Source of the DNA: Kiritimatiellia bacterium
GTDB lineage: Bacteria; Verrucomicrobiota; Kiritimatiellia; RFP12; UBA1067
Length of the DNA stretch: 64,000 bases
NCBI GenBank assembly: GCA_017463935.1
Contig: JAFUEM010000002.1
Location: forward strand, 531-64,530
Direction: 5' to 3'
A model generated the notes under the pieces. It was not told the DNA's origin. It searched no databases and was given only the letters and a program-made list of their open reading frames with translations. Below, piece after piece: positions 17,016 to 24,225 of the stretch (position 1 is its first letter; each line of letters starts with the position of its first letter). The position numbers were made by a program, and so were the translations under genes.

Positions 17016-17949
17016 GACAAGTTTCGGCAAGAGGCTCGTCCGCCTCTTCCTGAAAAGCCTTTTGCCGCTTGCCTTCCTTCTCCTGACCGCCGGTTTCCTC
17101 TACACCAGATGGACGGACACTGCAAAGATCAAGCGCCTGCGCGACGCCAGTACACAGACGACGCCAAAGGAATACGTCTTGTCCGTAATGGAGAACGAGG
17201 CGAGGTTCTTCTATGCAGCTCTCGCGCTCGCGGCGGTACTCGCCGTCGTAGTGTTCCGAGCGCTTCGCAGGATGGGGCGTCTGGGGGACGAACTGGAGGG
17301 GCTGACGACAAAGGTCCTGCACAACCAGTCCCGCGCGTTCGGGGACATGGCCAGTGAAGCCAGCGCAATCGTCTCGAACGAGACGCCGCCGGTCCGCGCC
17401 GCCCGGAAAATAGAGGCGATCTGCACAGCGGAGAGGAAGAAAATCTCCGCCTACATGCGCCTCGCGAAAAACTTCGCCGGTTACGACGATTCAAACACCG
17501 AGAACGTAAACGTCTCGGAGGCGGCCTGGCGCATCGCCTCGGAAATGAAGGCGACCATCGACCGGCCGGAGGTGCGCTACACCCCTTCTGAAGCGGACGT
17601 CATAGTGCGCGCGCACCCATTCCTCGTCTTTGAGATAATCGGCAACCTCATGGACAATGCCGTGAAGTACACCGAGTCGGGAGTCGTTGCGCTGTCTGTT
17701 TTCAAACAAAAAGACACGGCGAAAATCGTCGTGTCTGACACAGGATGCGGCATCTCCGCCGCAGACCAAAAGCGGATGTACGAAAGGTTCTACCGCGCGC
17801 CGTCGTCATCCGACAAACCCGGCAGCGGCCTTGGACTCGCCACGGTGTACGAAATCGTCGTCAGGCGATACAAGGGGAAAATCGACTGCCATTCCAAAGT
17901 CGGAAACGGCACGACATTCACAGTGACGCTGCCGCTCGCCACATCATAA
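16996..17949 (+). CDS. Sensor histidine kinase, two TM helices with a ~34-aa loop (intramembrane-sensing type)
   Basis: Internal ATG 16996 (MFFANTETSF..) overlaps the regulator stop by 20 nt. N box NLMDNAVKYT, G1 VSDTGCGI, G2 GSGLGLA. The H-box is divergent (KVLHNQSRAF). There is no extracytoplasmic sensor domain. Confidence 0.8.
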   Translation: MFFANTETSFGKRLVRLFLKSLLPLAFLLLTAGFLYTRWTDTAKIKRLRDASTQTTPKEYVLSVMENEARFFYAALALAAVLAVVVFRALRRMGRLGDELEGLTTKVLHNQSRAFGDMASEASAIVSNETPPVRAARKIEAICTAERKKISAYMRLAKNFAGYDDSNTENVNVSEAAWRIASEMKATIDRPEVRYTPSEADVIVRAHPFLVFEIIGNLMDNAVKYTESGVVALSVFKQKDTAKIVVSDTGCGISAADQKRMYERFYRAPSSSDKPGSGLGLATVYEIVVRRYKGKIDCHSKVGNGTTFTVTLPLATS

Positions 17950-17995
17950 AGAAAAGCCTAAAAGCATCAGCCCCGTTGCGCGCCAAAATGCAAGA

Positions 17996-18024
17996 AGCCC
18001 CGCTCGGTCAAACCGAACGGGGCT
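17996..18024. terminator. Terminator-like hairpin, copy 1 of a duplicated element
   Basis: agccccgctcgg-tcaaa-ccgaacggggct. The minus-strand version is followed by TCTTGCATTTTGG. It sits between the converging kinase gene (+) and the ATPase segment (-). Confidence 0.6.
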
Positions 18025-18253
18025 CCTTATAATACTGCTATCGCTACTCTACGCTACATCTTCACTATGAGTCGGCGCAAACGCTCCTTGATCCGCTCCA
18101 GCTCCTCCAAGTCGCCGTGCGCCTCCGCGTATGCCATCAGCCCTTCAAGGCGACGGATCTGCTCGATGTAGTCATCCCGCTGTGGCATTGCAATAGAATT
18201 ATCTCCCGTTCCTACGCCACGTTCCTATCGTCACAGGCGCTAAGCGGCGCATG

Positions 18254-19624
18254 TCATGCTTCGATCATTCGTCTTTGACTTGACTTCGCTTCCTTGATAA
18301 TGCCGTCAAGAATGGACGTGTCCAGCAAAAAAGGAATCACCCCTACATGCAGGATGCCGTCTTCATCGGGGCGCAACTGACCATATCCATTTTCCACCAC
18401 TATCTTCTGGAAAAAGTCCGCTGTGAGTTTCAAGGATTTGGTTTCCTGTTCCGCCTTGCCCGGGCGGGACATATCGTATGCAGATTGGATATAGACCTTG
18501 TTGAATCCCGCATTGACGATGAAATCGATCTCGTACCGGCAGGAAACCATTTTTCCCTCATCATCCCTGCGGTTTACATCAACCACACCGACATCTACAT
18601 TGTAGCCACGAAGGACAAGTTCATTGTAGATTATGTTCTCCATCAAGTATGTCGGCTCAACCTCCCTAAAATTCAATCTTGCATTGCGAAGACCTACATC
18701 CTCGGCATAGTACTTGCTTGGGTACAGAAGATATTTTCGTCCCCGGACTTCATAGCGTGCGGCTTTTGCAAACAAGAATGAATCGACAAAATAATCGAGA
18801 TATGACTTTACGGTAGGCTCGGACGTCTTCAAGACGCCTCGCGAATTGATCGTATTGGCAAGTTTGTTGGGGTTGGTAAGGGATCCTACAGACGAAGATA
18901 CCACATCCAACACCGATTCGCAGATGGCATCAGTCCGCAAATGGTTGCGTTCAATTATGTCCTTAATGTAAACCTTGGAAAAGAGACTCTTGAGATACTC
19001 TGCCCTCGCGACATCGTCCGCCTCCATGACCGCCACCGGCATTCCGCCCCATATCATATATGCGGAAAGAGCCTCGGATTTGTCGGCATATCCCGTCGCC
19101 TGCAGATATTCCGCGAAGGAGAATGGATGCAACCGAATTTCTACGCCTCTGTCTCTAAAATTGGTTGCAACATCCTTCGACAGAAGTTTTGAATTGGAGC
19201 CAGTCACATATACATCGACGTTCGGCTTTTTGCGCAGGGAATTTAGGATGTCGTAGAAGGTAATATATGCATCCTGTCGGTCTTCGGGCGCAACATCCCG
19301 CAGTTTTACTCCCGACTGGAGAACTTTGCGACACATCTGAACTTCATCTATAAACACATAAGTCCACTTGCCATCATCCGGCAGAAGGGAAACGATGAAG
19401 TCGAAGAGCTTGTTTGGATTGCGCAGATGAACGTTCTCTTTGCTTTCCAAATCCACGCCAATGATATGGCCGGTATCGACACCTTCGGAAATCAGATGCT
19501 CACGGAACAAGTTGAATAGCAGGAACGACTTGCCGCACCGTCGAATGCCAGTGACGATTTTCACGAAACCATCGTGTTTCCTTGCTATCAGTCTCGATAG
19601 ATATCGCTCTCGCCTTACTTTCAT
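18254..19624 (-). CDS. AAA-family ATPase with DUF4143-type C-terminal domain (COG1373-like)
   Basis: MKVRRERYLSRLIARKHDGFVKIVTGIRRCGKSFLLFN.. carries a Walker A motif. The overall 456-aa architecture is typical of AAA_14 plus DUF4143 proteins. Confidence 0.7.
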   Translation of the reverse strand: MKVRRERYLSRLIARKHDGFVKIVTGIRRCGKSFLLFNLFREHLISEGVDTGHIIGVDLESKENVHLRNPNKLFDFIVSLLPDDGKWTYVFIDEVQMCRKVLQSGVKLRDVAPEDRQDAYITFYDILNSLRKKPNVDVYVTGSNSKLLSKDVATNFRDRGVEIRLHPFSFAEYLQATGYADKSEALSAYMIWGGMPVAVMEADDVARAEYLKSLFSKVYIKDIIERNHLRTDAICESVLDVVSSSVGSLTNPNKLANTINSRGVLKTSEPTVKSYLDYFVDSFLFAKAARYEVRGRKYLLYPSKYYAEDVGLRNARLNFREVEPTYLMENIIYNELVLRGYNVDVGVVDVNRRDDEGKMVSCRYEIDFIVNAGFNKVYIQSAYDMSRPGKAEQETKSLKLTADFFQKIVVENGYGQLRPDEDGILHVGVIPFLLDTSILDGIIKEAKSSQRRMIEA

Positions 19625-19734
19625 CCTTTTTCTTCCCCTTCATGTTGCCATACTTTAATGCTCGCGGTGGGTATTTTACTATATTCCCCTGCCGTAAGTC
19701 AATGGTGAATTGAGAAAATCTGCAAAAAGTCGAA

Positions 19735-19761
19735 GCCCCGCTCGGTCAAACCTAACGGGGC
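19735..19761 (-). terminator. Terminator hairpin, copy 2 of the duplicated element
   Basis: gccccgctcgg-tcaaa-cctaacggggc. The minus-strand version is followed by TTCGACTTTTTGCAGATTTTC. It has a 21-nt and an 8-nt identical run with 17996-18024, split by one mismatch. Confidence 0.65.
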
Positions 19762-19778
19762 CACTTGATACTGCATAA

Positions 19779-19796
19779 GCCGCCCTTTCGGACGGC
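19779..19796 (-). terminator. Terminator-like GNRA hairpin at the end of the glycan operon
   Basis: On the minus strand GCCGTCC-GAAA-GGGCGGC, the same 18-mer as 2838-2855. It lies 73 nt downstream of the last operon ORF (stop at 19869). Confidence 0.55.
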
Positions 19797-19868
19797 CCTA
19801 TTGAGTAATCAGGCGACTATCACACCACTCTCAAACTCCAACCCAAACCACCAACTCATCACTCGAAC

Positions 19869-20069
19869 TCACGTTTCCATCTGCTGCGCCTTGTACAGCC
19901 GATCCTGTTCCTTGCGCTGCTCGTCGGGTGGCAATGCACCGAAGCGCTTGCGCCAGCGGCGATAAACAACCTTGCTCCATATCTCAAAACAAACAGCAAG
20001 GACGGCGATAATCCCGACAACTATCAATATTATCTTCACTTCGTTTCTCCGATGATTAATATATACCAT
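19869..20069 (-). CDS. Small single-pass membrane protein (hypothetical)
   Basis: ATG 20069 overlaps the end of the sugar transferase gene by 14 nt. It has a hydrophobic core IILIVVGIIAVLAVCF followed by a basic tail. Confidence 0.4.
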   Translation of the reverse strand: MVYINHRRNEVKIILIVVGIIAVLAVCFEIWSKVVYRRWRKRFGALPPDEQRKEQDRLYKAQQMET

Positions 20070-20733
20070 CGCGCTTAGGGAGACTTGGGAATACTCGATT
20101 CATAAGTTTGCTTTTAGGGAACAAAATTACCCATGCGGTAAGAAAGATTAGCATTGCATCAGTCCAGAGCCCAATGTGCTTCTGATACCACATTTCCAAT
20201 GCGCCCTTGTACGGCGAGACGATCTTGGCGTAAGCCTCGTCGATGTCCATGCCCTTCTTCGCGCACTCCGACAATAACGTTTCCTCGTCGCGGAAGACGA
20301 CCGAGCCGATACCGGTCAGCCCCGGCTTCACGTTGTAGATGTTCGCCTTCACTTCGTCCGAGTAGGGTGCGAAGGTCTTGTCCACCAGCGGACGCGGGCC
20401 GACAATCGACATGTCGCCCAGGAAGATGTTGAAGAGCTGCGGCAGCTCGTTGATCTTCGTTTTGCGGAGGAAGCGACCGAACGGCAGCACGCGCGGATCG
20501 CCATGCGTCGTATGAAGTCCGCCAGCCATGTTCGGGCTGTTGCGCAACATCGTCGCGAACTTCAGAATCTTGAAATGCTTGTTCTTGTAGCCGATACGAT
20601 CCTGCCCGTAGAATATATCATGCTCGCCAGTGCATTTGAGAATTATCATGACAGGCACCAGCAATGGCGACAGCATGATGATTGCGAGACCTGAGAGGAG
20701 GATATCAAAGAAACGTTTGAGGGGTTTATACAT
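20056..20733 (-). CDS. Polyprenyl-phosphate sugar-phosphate transferase (PglC/WbaP-type initiating enzyme)
   Basis: MYKPLKRFFDILLSGLAIIMLSPLL.., KILKFATM, GDPRVLPFGRFLRKTKINELPQLFN and SIVGPRP are bacterial sugar transferase family hallmarks. Confidence 0.85.
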   Translation of the reverse strand: MYKPLKRFFDILLSGLAIIMLSPLLVPVMIILKCTGEHDIFYGQDRIGYKNKHFKILKFATMLRNSPNMAGGLHTTHGDPRVLPFGRFLRKTKINELPQLFNIFLGDMSIVGPRPLVDKTFAPYSDEVKANIYNVKPGLTGIGSVVFRDEETLLSECAKKGMDIDEAYAKIVSPYKGALEMWYQKHIGLWTDAMLIFLTAWVILFPKSKLMNRVFPSLPKRDGIY

Positions 20734-20746
20734 AGAGAGATCTTTC

Positions 20747-20778
20747 TTTTGACAGGATTAACAAGATTGACAGGATTA
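20747..20778 (-). repeat. 32-nt tri-nonamer element, AATCCTGT family, copy E (intergenic)
   Basis: ttttgacaggattaacaagattgacaggatta matches the arm at 24650-24681 at 29 of 32 positions. It ends 14 nt upstream of the sugar transferase start codon. Confidence 0.85.
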
Positions 20779-20784
20779 TGTTTT

Positions 20785-20865
20785 AACCACTAAATACACG
20801 AAATACACGAAAGATAAAGAAATGTTCAGATAAGGTATTTCGTGTATTTAGTGTATTTCGTGGTT
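20785..20865. repeat. 28-bp-stem inverted repeat of (N)AAATACAC nonamers with a 25-nt loop
   Basis: The left arm aaccactaaatacacgaaatacacgaaa (20785-20812) pairs with the right arm tttcgtgtatttagtgtatttcgtggtt (20838-20865) at 26 of 28 positions. The right arm encodes the last five codons (NHEIH) and the TAA of the epimerase gene. Confidence 0.85.
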
Positions 20866-21732
20866 TAGAAAACTCTTTAATGTTTCGCGCAGACCGTCTT
20901 CGGCGCGGACGGGCATCGCCGCCCAACCAAGGTGCGCCTTCAGCGCTGCATTGTCCACAAAGCTGTCCTCGGTCAGTTTGCCGAGGCGCTCCGTGTTGAG
21001 CGGCAGATGGAGGACGTCGCCCACTCTGGCGGCCAGCCGCATCAGTCCCTTCGGCAGTCGCCAGAGTCGCGGCTTGCGCCCACAGACCTCCGCCATCAAC
21101 TCTATAAGGCGGTTTGTCGAAAGCATCTCGTCATCGGCAATCGGGTAGACTCCATTTTTTCCGCGTTCGCACAGAGCCTCGACAGCGGCGCAGATGTTGC
21201 CGATGCTCGTGAACGAGCGTCTGTTCGCGAACGCCGCCAAAGGCCAGGGGAAGCCGCGCCGCGCAATGCCCCAGAGAAGATTCAAATTGCCCTTGTTCCC
21301 TGGACCGTGAATCATCGCCGGACGCAGCACGATGGCGCGCCCGGCCAGAAATTTCTCCGCCGCCAGCTTCGACTGTCCGTAGGGTGTATCGGCATCCGCC
21401 GCCTTGCTGCTGGAGAAGTAGATGAAGCGCGACACCTTGCCGTTAGCGGCATTGAATATCTTCTCCGTAAGGCCTACATTGATGTCGAAGTAGCTCTGCG
21501 GATCGCTCACGTTCTTGAGGTCATGCGCCTTGCCCGCAAGGTGAACGACAGCATCCATGCCAGCCCAGTCGATATTGCTGAGCTCGTCCCACGTATGAAA
21601 CGCCGCATACGGCACATCGTCGCACTTCGCCTTTGGAATGTCGAGTGCAACGCACTCGTGCCCCCTGCCGACAAGGTAGCGGCAGAGATTCGTGCCTACA
21701 AATCCATAGGCTCCAGAGATAAGGATACGCAT
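20848..21732 (-). CDS. NAD-dependent sugar epimerase/dehydratase family protein
   Basis: Internal ATG 21732 gives MRILISGAYGFVGTNL (Rossmann GxxGxxG). It belongs to the SDR extended family. Confidence 0.8.
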   Translation of the reverse strand: MRILISGAYGFVGTNLCRYLVGRGHECVALDIPKAKCDDVPYAAFHTWDELSNIDWAGMDAVVHLAGKAHDLKNVSDPQSYFDINVGLTEKIFNAANGKVSRFIYFSSSKAADADTPYGQSKLAAEKFLAGRAIVLRPAMIHGPGNKGNLNLLWGIARRGFPWPLAAFANRRSFTSIGNICAAVEALCERGKNGVYPIADDEMLSTNRLIELMAEVCGRKPRLWRLPKGLMRLAARVGDVLHLPLNTERLGKLTEDSFVDNAALKAHLGWAAMPVRAEDGLRETLKSFLNHEIH

Positions 21733-21736
21733 ATTA

Positions 21737-22978
21737 TTACATCCTCGAATCAAGCGACTTGCCCTTCTCGATGTGCTGGAAGTTGGGGAGGTATTCTTTC
21801 AGAACCTCTATGACATCCGCCTTCTCTGCGCCGGGCTTCCTGAACACAGCGCGCAGGTTTGCGAAGATCGCCTCTACCTCCTCTACGGGGCGCTTCTTGG
21901 AATTTTTGACCGCGCCAAGATTGATGAAGGTCGTCTCGTCTTTGATGTCCGTATCCGTATAGAACTCCTCAAACGTCTTCTCGCCACTCGTGTCGCTGCC
22001 GAAGAACTCGCACGGGTAGCCATTTTTAACGCAGAGGCGCAGAGACGCAGAGTTCGCAGAGATTTCCCTCATGGATTCTTTAGCTTCAATGGAACTGGAG
22101 CAAACCTTGCACCCGAACCCCATGTCATTCAGCATATCCTTCACCACAGCATCGAACGGGATCATGTCCTTCTCTGGATCAAGCTTTGGATAGACGATAT
22201 CGCCACTCTCAGCCATGACGCTTGCAAACAGGCACAGCTCACCCGACTCTGTCGGGCTCACGAAGAACCTGCGAATCCCAAGCGGACAACTCAGTGGCTG
22301 CTTCTTCTGTATGCGGTTTAGCCAGCCGATGGGAAGCGATCCGTTGGAGAACGCGACATTGGCAAACCGCGCCGTCTTGATCGGAAGCCTATCGGAGTAC
22401 GCCATGATAGTCTCCTCCATCAACTTTTTCGTCGCGCCCATAACGTTTACAGGATTCGCCGCCTTATCCGTCGAGACGCAGAAGAACGCCTCAGGCGGAT
22501 TCTCCAACAGCAAATCCAACAACTTCTTCGCCATAAACACATTTGTCTCGCACATCGCCTCGATGGAGAAGACGTCACGCTCCGCCCGCACGTGCTTCCT
22601 TGCCGCGAAGTTCGCGACAATATCGAACGGCCCCTTTGCCTTGAAGAATCGGTCAAACAAGTCGCTACCAAGGTCGATAGGTTCGGTAATATACTCTTCA
22701 GGGACATTGTAGTCGCCTGCCCTCAGTTCACGCGTCAGTTCCGTCAGTGAGTTTTCATCAATGTCGACGACGAACATCGCCGCCGGCTTGAATCCGCGCA
22801 ACGCCGCCTTGATGTAGTTGCTACCGATTGTCCCAGCGCCGCCGATGACAAGCATCCGCTTGCCGTCGATTCGCCAGTGCATCTCGTCACGGCACTTCTC
22901 AAAGTCAGCCGCCAAAAGCGACTCCGCCCGCTTGGTCATGTACTTGCGGACAAATGATTCAATGTCAAAGTCGATCAT
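21737..22978 (-). CDS. CapD/PglF-like nucleotide-sugar dehydratase (polysaccharide biosynthesis protein)
   Basis: ..MLVIGGAGTIGSNYIK.., ..FFCVSTDKAANPVNVMGATKKLME.. It contains an in-frame CGCAGAG block (..SASLRLCVKNG..). Confidence 0.75.
   Translation of the reverse strand: MIDFDIESFVRKYMTKRAESLLAADFEKCRDEMHWRIDGKRMLVIGGAGTIGSNYIKAALRGFKPAAMFVVDIDENSLTELTRELRAGDYNVPEEYITEPIDLGSDLFDRFFKAKGPFDIVANFAARKHVRAERDVFSIEAMCETNVFMAKKLLDLLLENPPEAFFCVSTDKAANPVNVMGATKKLMEETIMAYSDRLPIKTARFANVAFSNGSLPIGWLNRIQKKQPLSCPLGIRRFFVSPTESGELCLFASVMAESGDIVYPKLDPEKDMIPFDAVVKDMLNDMGFGCKVCSSSIEAKESMREISANSASLRLCVKNGYPCEFFGSDTSGEKTFEEFYTDTDIKDETTFINLGAVKNSKKRPVEEVEAIFANLRAVFRKPGAEKADVIEVLKEYLPNFQHIEKGKSLDSRM
22030..22062. 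repeat. Tandem block (CGCAGAGN x4)
   Basis: Reads cgcagagg cgcagaga cgcagagtt cgcagaga, in the same orientation and with the same T-rich flanks as 3062-3085. Confidence 0.85.
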
Positions 22979-22991
22979 AGAAGGACCTTTC

Positions 22992-23442
22992 TTAACCGTG
23001 TAGAACGTGTAGAAACGTGTAGATTTATGCCGTGATGGTACGACGCTCGAATTTGTAAGAACCGAAATTTATCAGAAGTCCAACTGGTGAATGCGTTATC
23101 TTTAGATAGTTGAGAATTTGTGCGAAATGCTCAGGCGCGAGTGTCTTGACCGCTTTCAGTTCAACTATCAATCTATCATTAACAAGCATATCCACGAAGT
23201 AGTCTCCAACACAATATTCATCTTCATCAAACACTTTTAATGGCTGTTGCCGTTCGACCTTGAACCCAGCCTTTACAAGTCTGTGTTCAAGCGCAGACTC
23301 ATACACTTTTTCAAGCAAGCCGTTACCAAAGTATTCGTGTACGCCATATGCGATTTGCCCAACCTTAGAAGCAAGTTCCCTCAACTCATCAGCGCAATCC
23401 ATCTCTCTCCTTCTACACGATCTGCACGTTCTACACGGCTAA
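22992..23442 (-). mobile_element. 451-bp cassette: GxxExxY gene bounded by 32-nt terminal inverted repeats of GTGTAGAAC nonamers (candidate miniature mobile element)
   Basis: The left arm is ttaaccgtgtagaacgtgtagaaacgtgtaga (22992-23023). The reverse complement of the right arm (23411-23442) is ttagccgtgtagaacgtgcagatcgtgtagaa. The outer 22 nt match at 20 positions and the inner nonamer realigns with a 1-nt indel. The cassette fills the gap between the GT2 stop (23443) and the CapD-like start (22978). Confidence 0.55.
23025..23402 (-). CDS. GxxExxY protein (PD-(D/E)XK nuclease-like superfamily)
   Basis: The protein is 125 aa. ..VHEYFGNGLLEKVYESALEHRL.. contains the eponymous G-L-L-E-K-V-Y motif. 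..DMLVNDRLIVELKAV.. is a D..E-x-K-like core. Confidence 0.8.
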   Translation of the reverse strand: MDCADELRELASKVGQIAYGVHEYFGNGLLEKVYESALEHRLVKAGFKVERQQPLKVFDEDEYCVGDYFVDMLVNDRLIVELKAVKTLAPEHFAQILNYLKITHSPVGLLINFGSYKFERRTITA

Positions 23443-24225
23443 TCACTTTATCCCCAGCCTCGGTAGGATGAACTCAAACACCTTGAAGAAATATTTAGGC
23501 AGCAGCATCGGGAAGCAACAGAAATACCCATTCTCCAAGTTGCCGCGAACAATCTCCCTATTGAGAGTCTTGAAACTTTTCCAACCACGCGTCGACTTGC
23601 CGCCCATCCGCATCCTAACCAAGCATTCGTTCAAGTAGCGCGTATTGAGCTTGGCCATACGTAGGTATCGTATAAGCAACTCATAATCAGCCGCGATATC
23701 ATAGCCCAGCTTGTACAACCCATACTGATCAAACAATTCTCGCCTGATATACACACTCGGATGCGGCGGCATCTTCCCCCATTGCAGCATCCACGGCTTC
23801 CAATGCTTCGCAGAATAATAGCGGCTCGTTGTCTGCAAATCATCCTTCACAAATCGAATATCGGCGTAGACACAATCAACTCTCTCACCCACTCCTCCAC
23901 TACTAAAAGCCTCCACGACATGTGCAAGCGTATTCTCCGACTCAAACATGTCGTCCGCATTAAGAATCCCTACAATATCGCCCGTTGCCATCTTGATTCC
24001 CTTGTTGATGGCGTCGTACATGCCCGCGTCAGACTCGCTTATCCAGCGCATAAGCCCATTGAAACACGGCTCGTATTCTTTGAAGATTGCAATGCTGTCG
24101 TCCGTGGACGCCCCATCCACAACGATGTATTCGACATCTACACCCTTTTGTGAAAGGACGCTCTCAATCGCAGTCCGTATTGTTCCCGCACTGTTGTAAC
24201 ACGCTGTTATAAGCGAAATCTTCAT
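23443..24225 (-). CDS. Family-2 glycosyltransferase
   Basis: ATG 24225 forms an ATGA overlap with the GT4 stop; the track start at 24231 is TTG. MKISLITACYNSAGTIRTAIESVLSQKGVDVEYIVVDGASTDDS.. with an NADD (DxD-type) motif. Confidence 0.85.
   Translation of the reverse strand: MKISLITACYNSAGTIRTAIESVLSQKGVDVEYIVVDGASTDDSIAIFKEYEPCFNGLMRWISESDAGMYDAINKGIKMATGDIVGILNADDMFESENTLAHVVEAFSSGGVGERVDCVYADIRFVKDDLQTTSRYYSAKHWKPWMLQWGKMPPHPSVYIRRELFDQYGLYKLGYDIAADYELLIRYLRMAKLNTRYLNECLVRMRMGGKSTRGWKSFKTLNREIVRGNLENGYFCCFPMLLPKYFFKVFEFILPRLGIK

Noticed and set aside
18054-18188. 44-codon minus-strand ORF (MPQRDDYIEQIRRLEGLMAYAEAHGDLEELERIKERLRRLIVKM) downstream of the ATPase gene.
   Set aside because: It has no RBS-like sequence, is short, and may simply be a GC-rich relic. 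It is mentioned only in the context of the duplicated hairpins.
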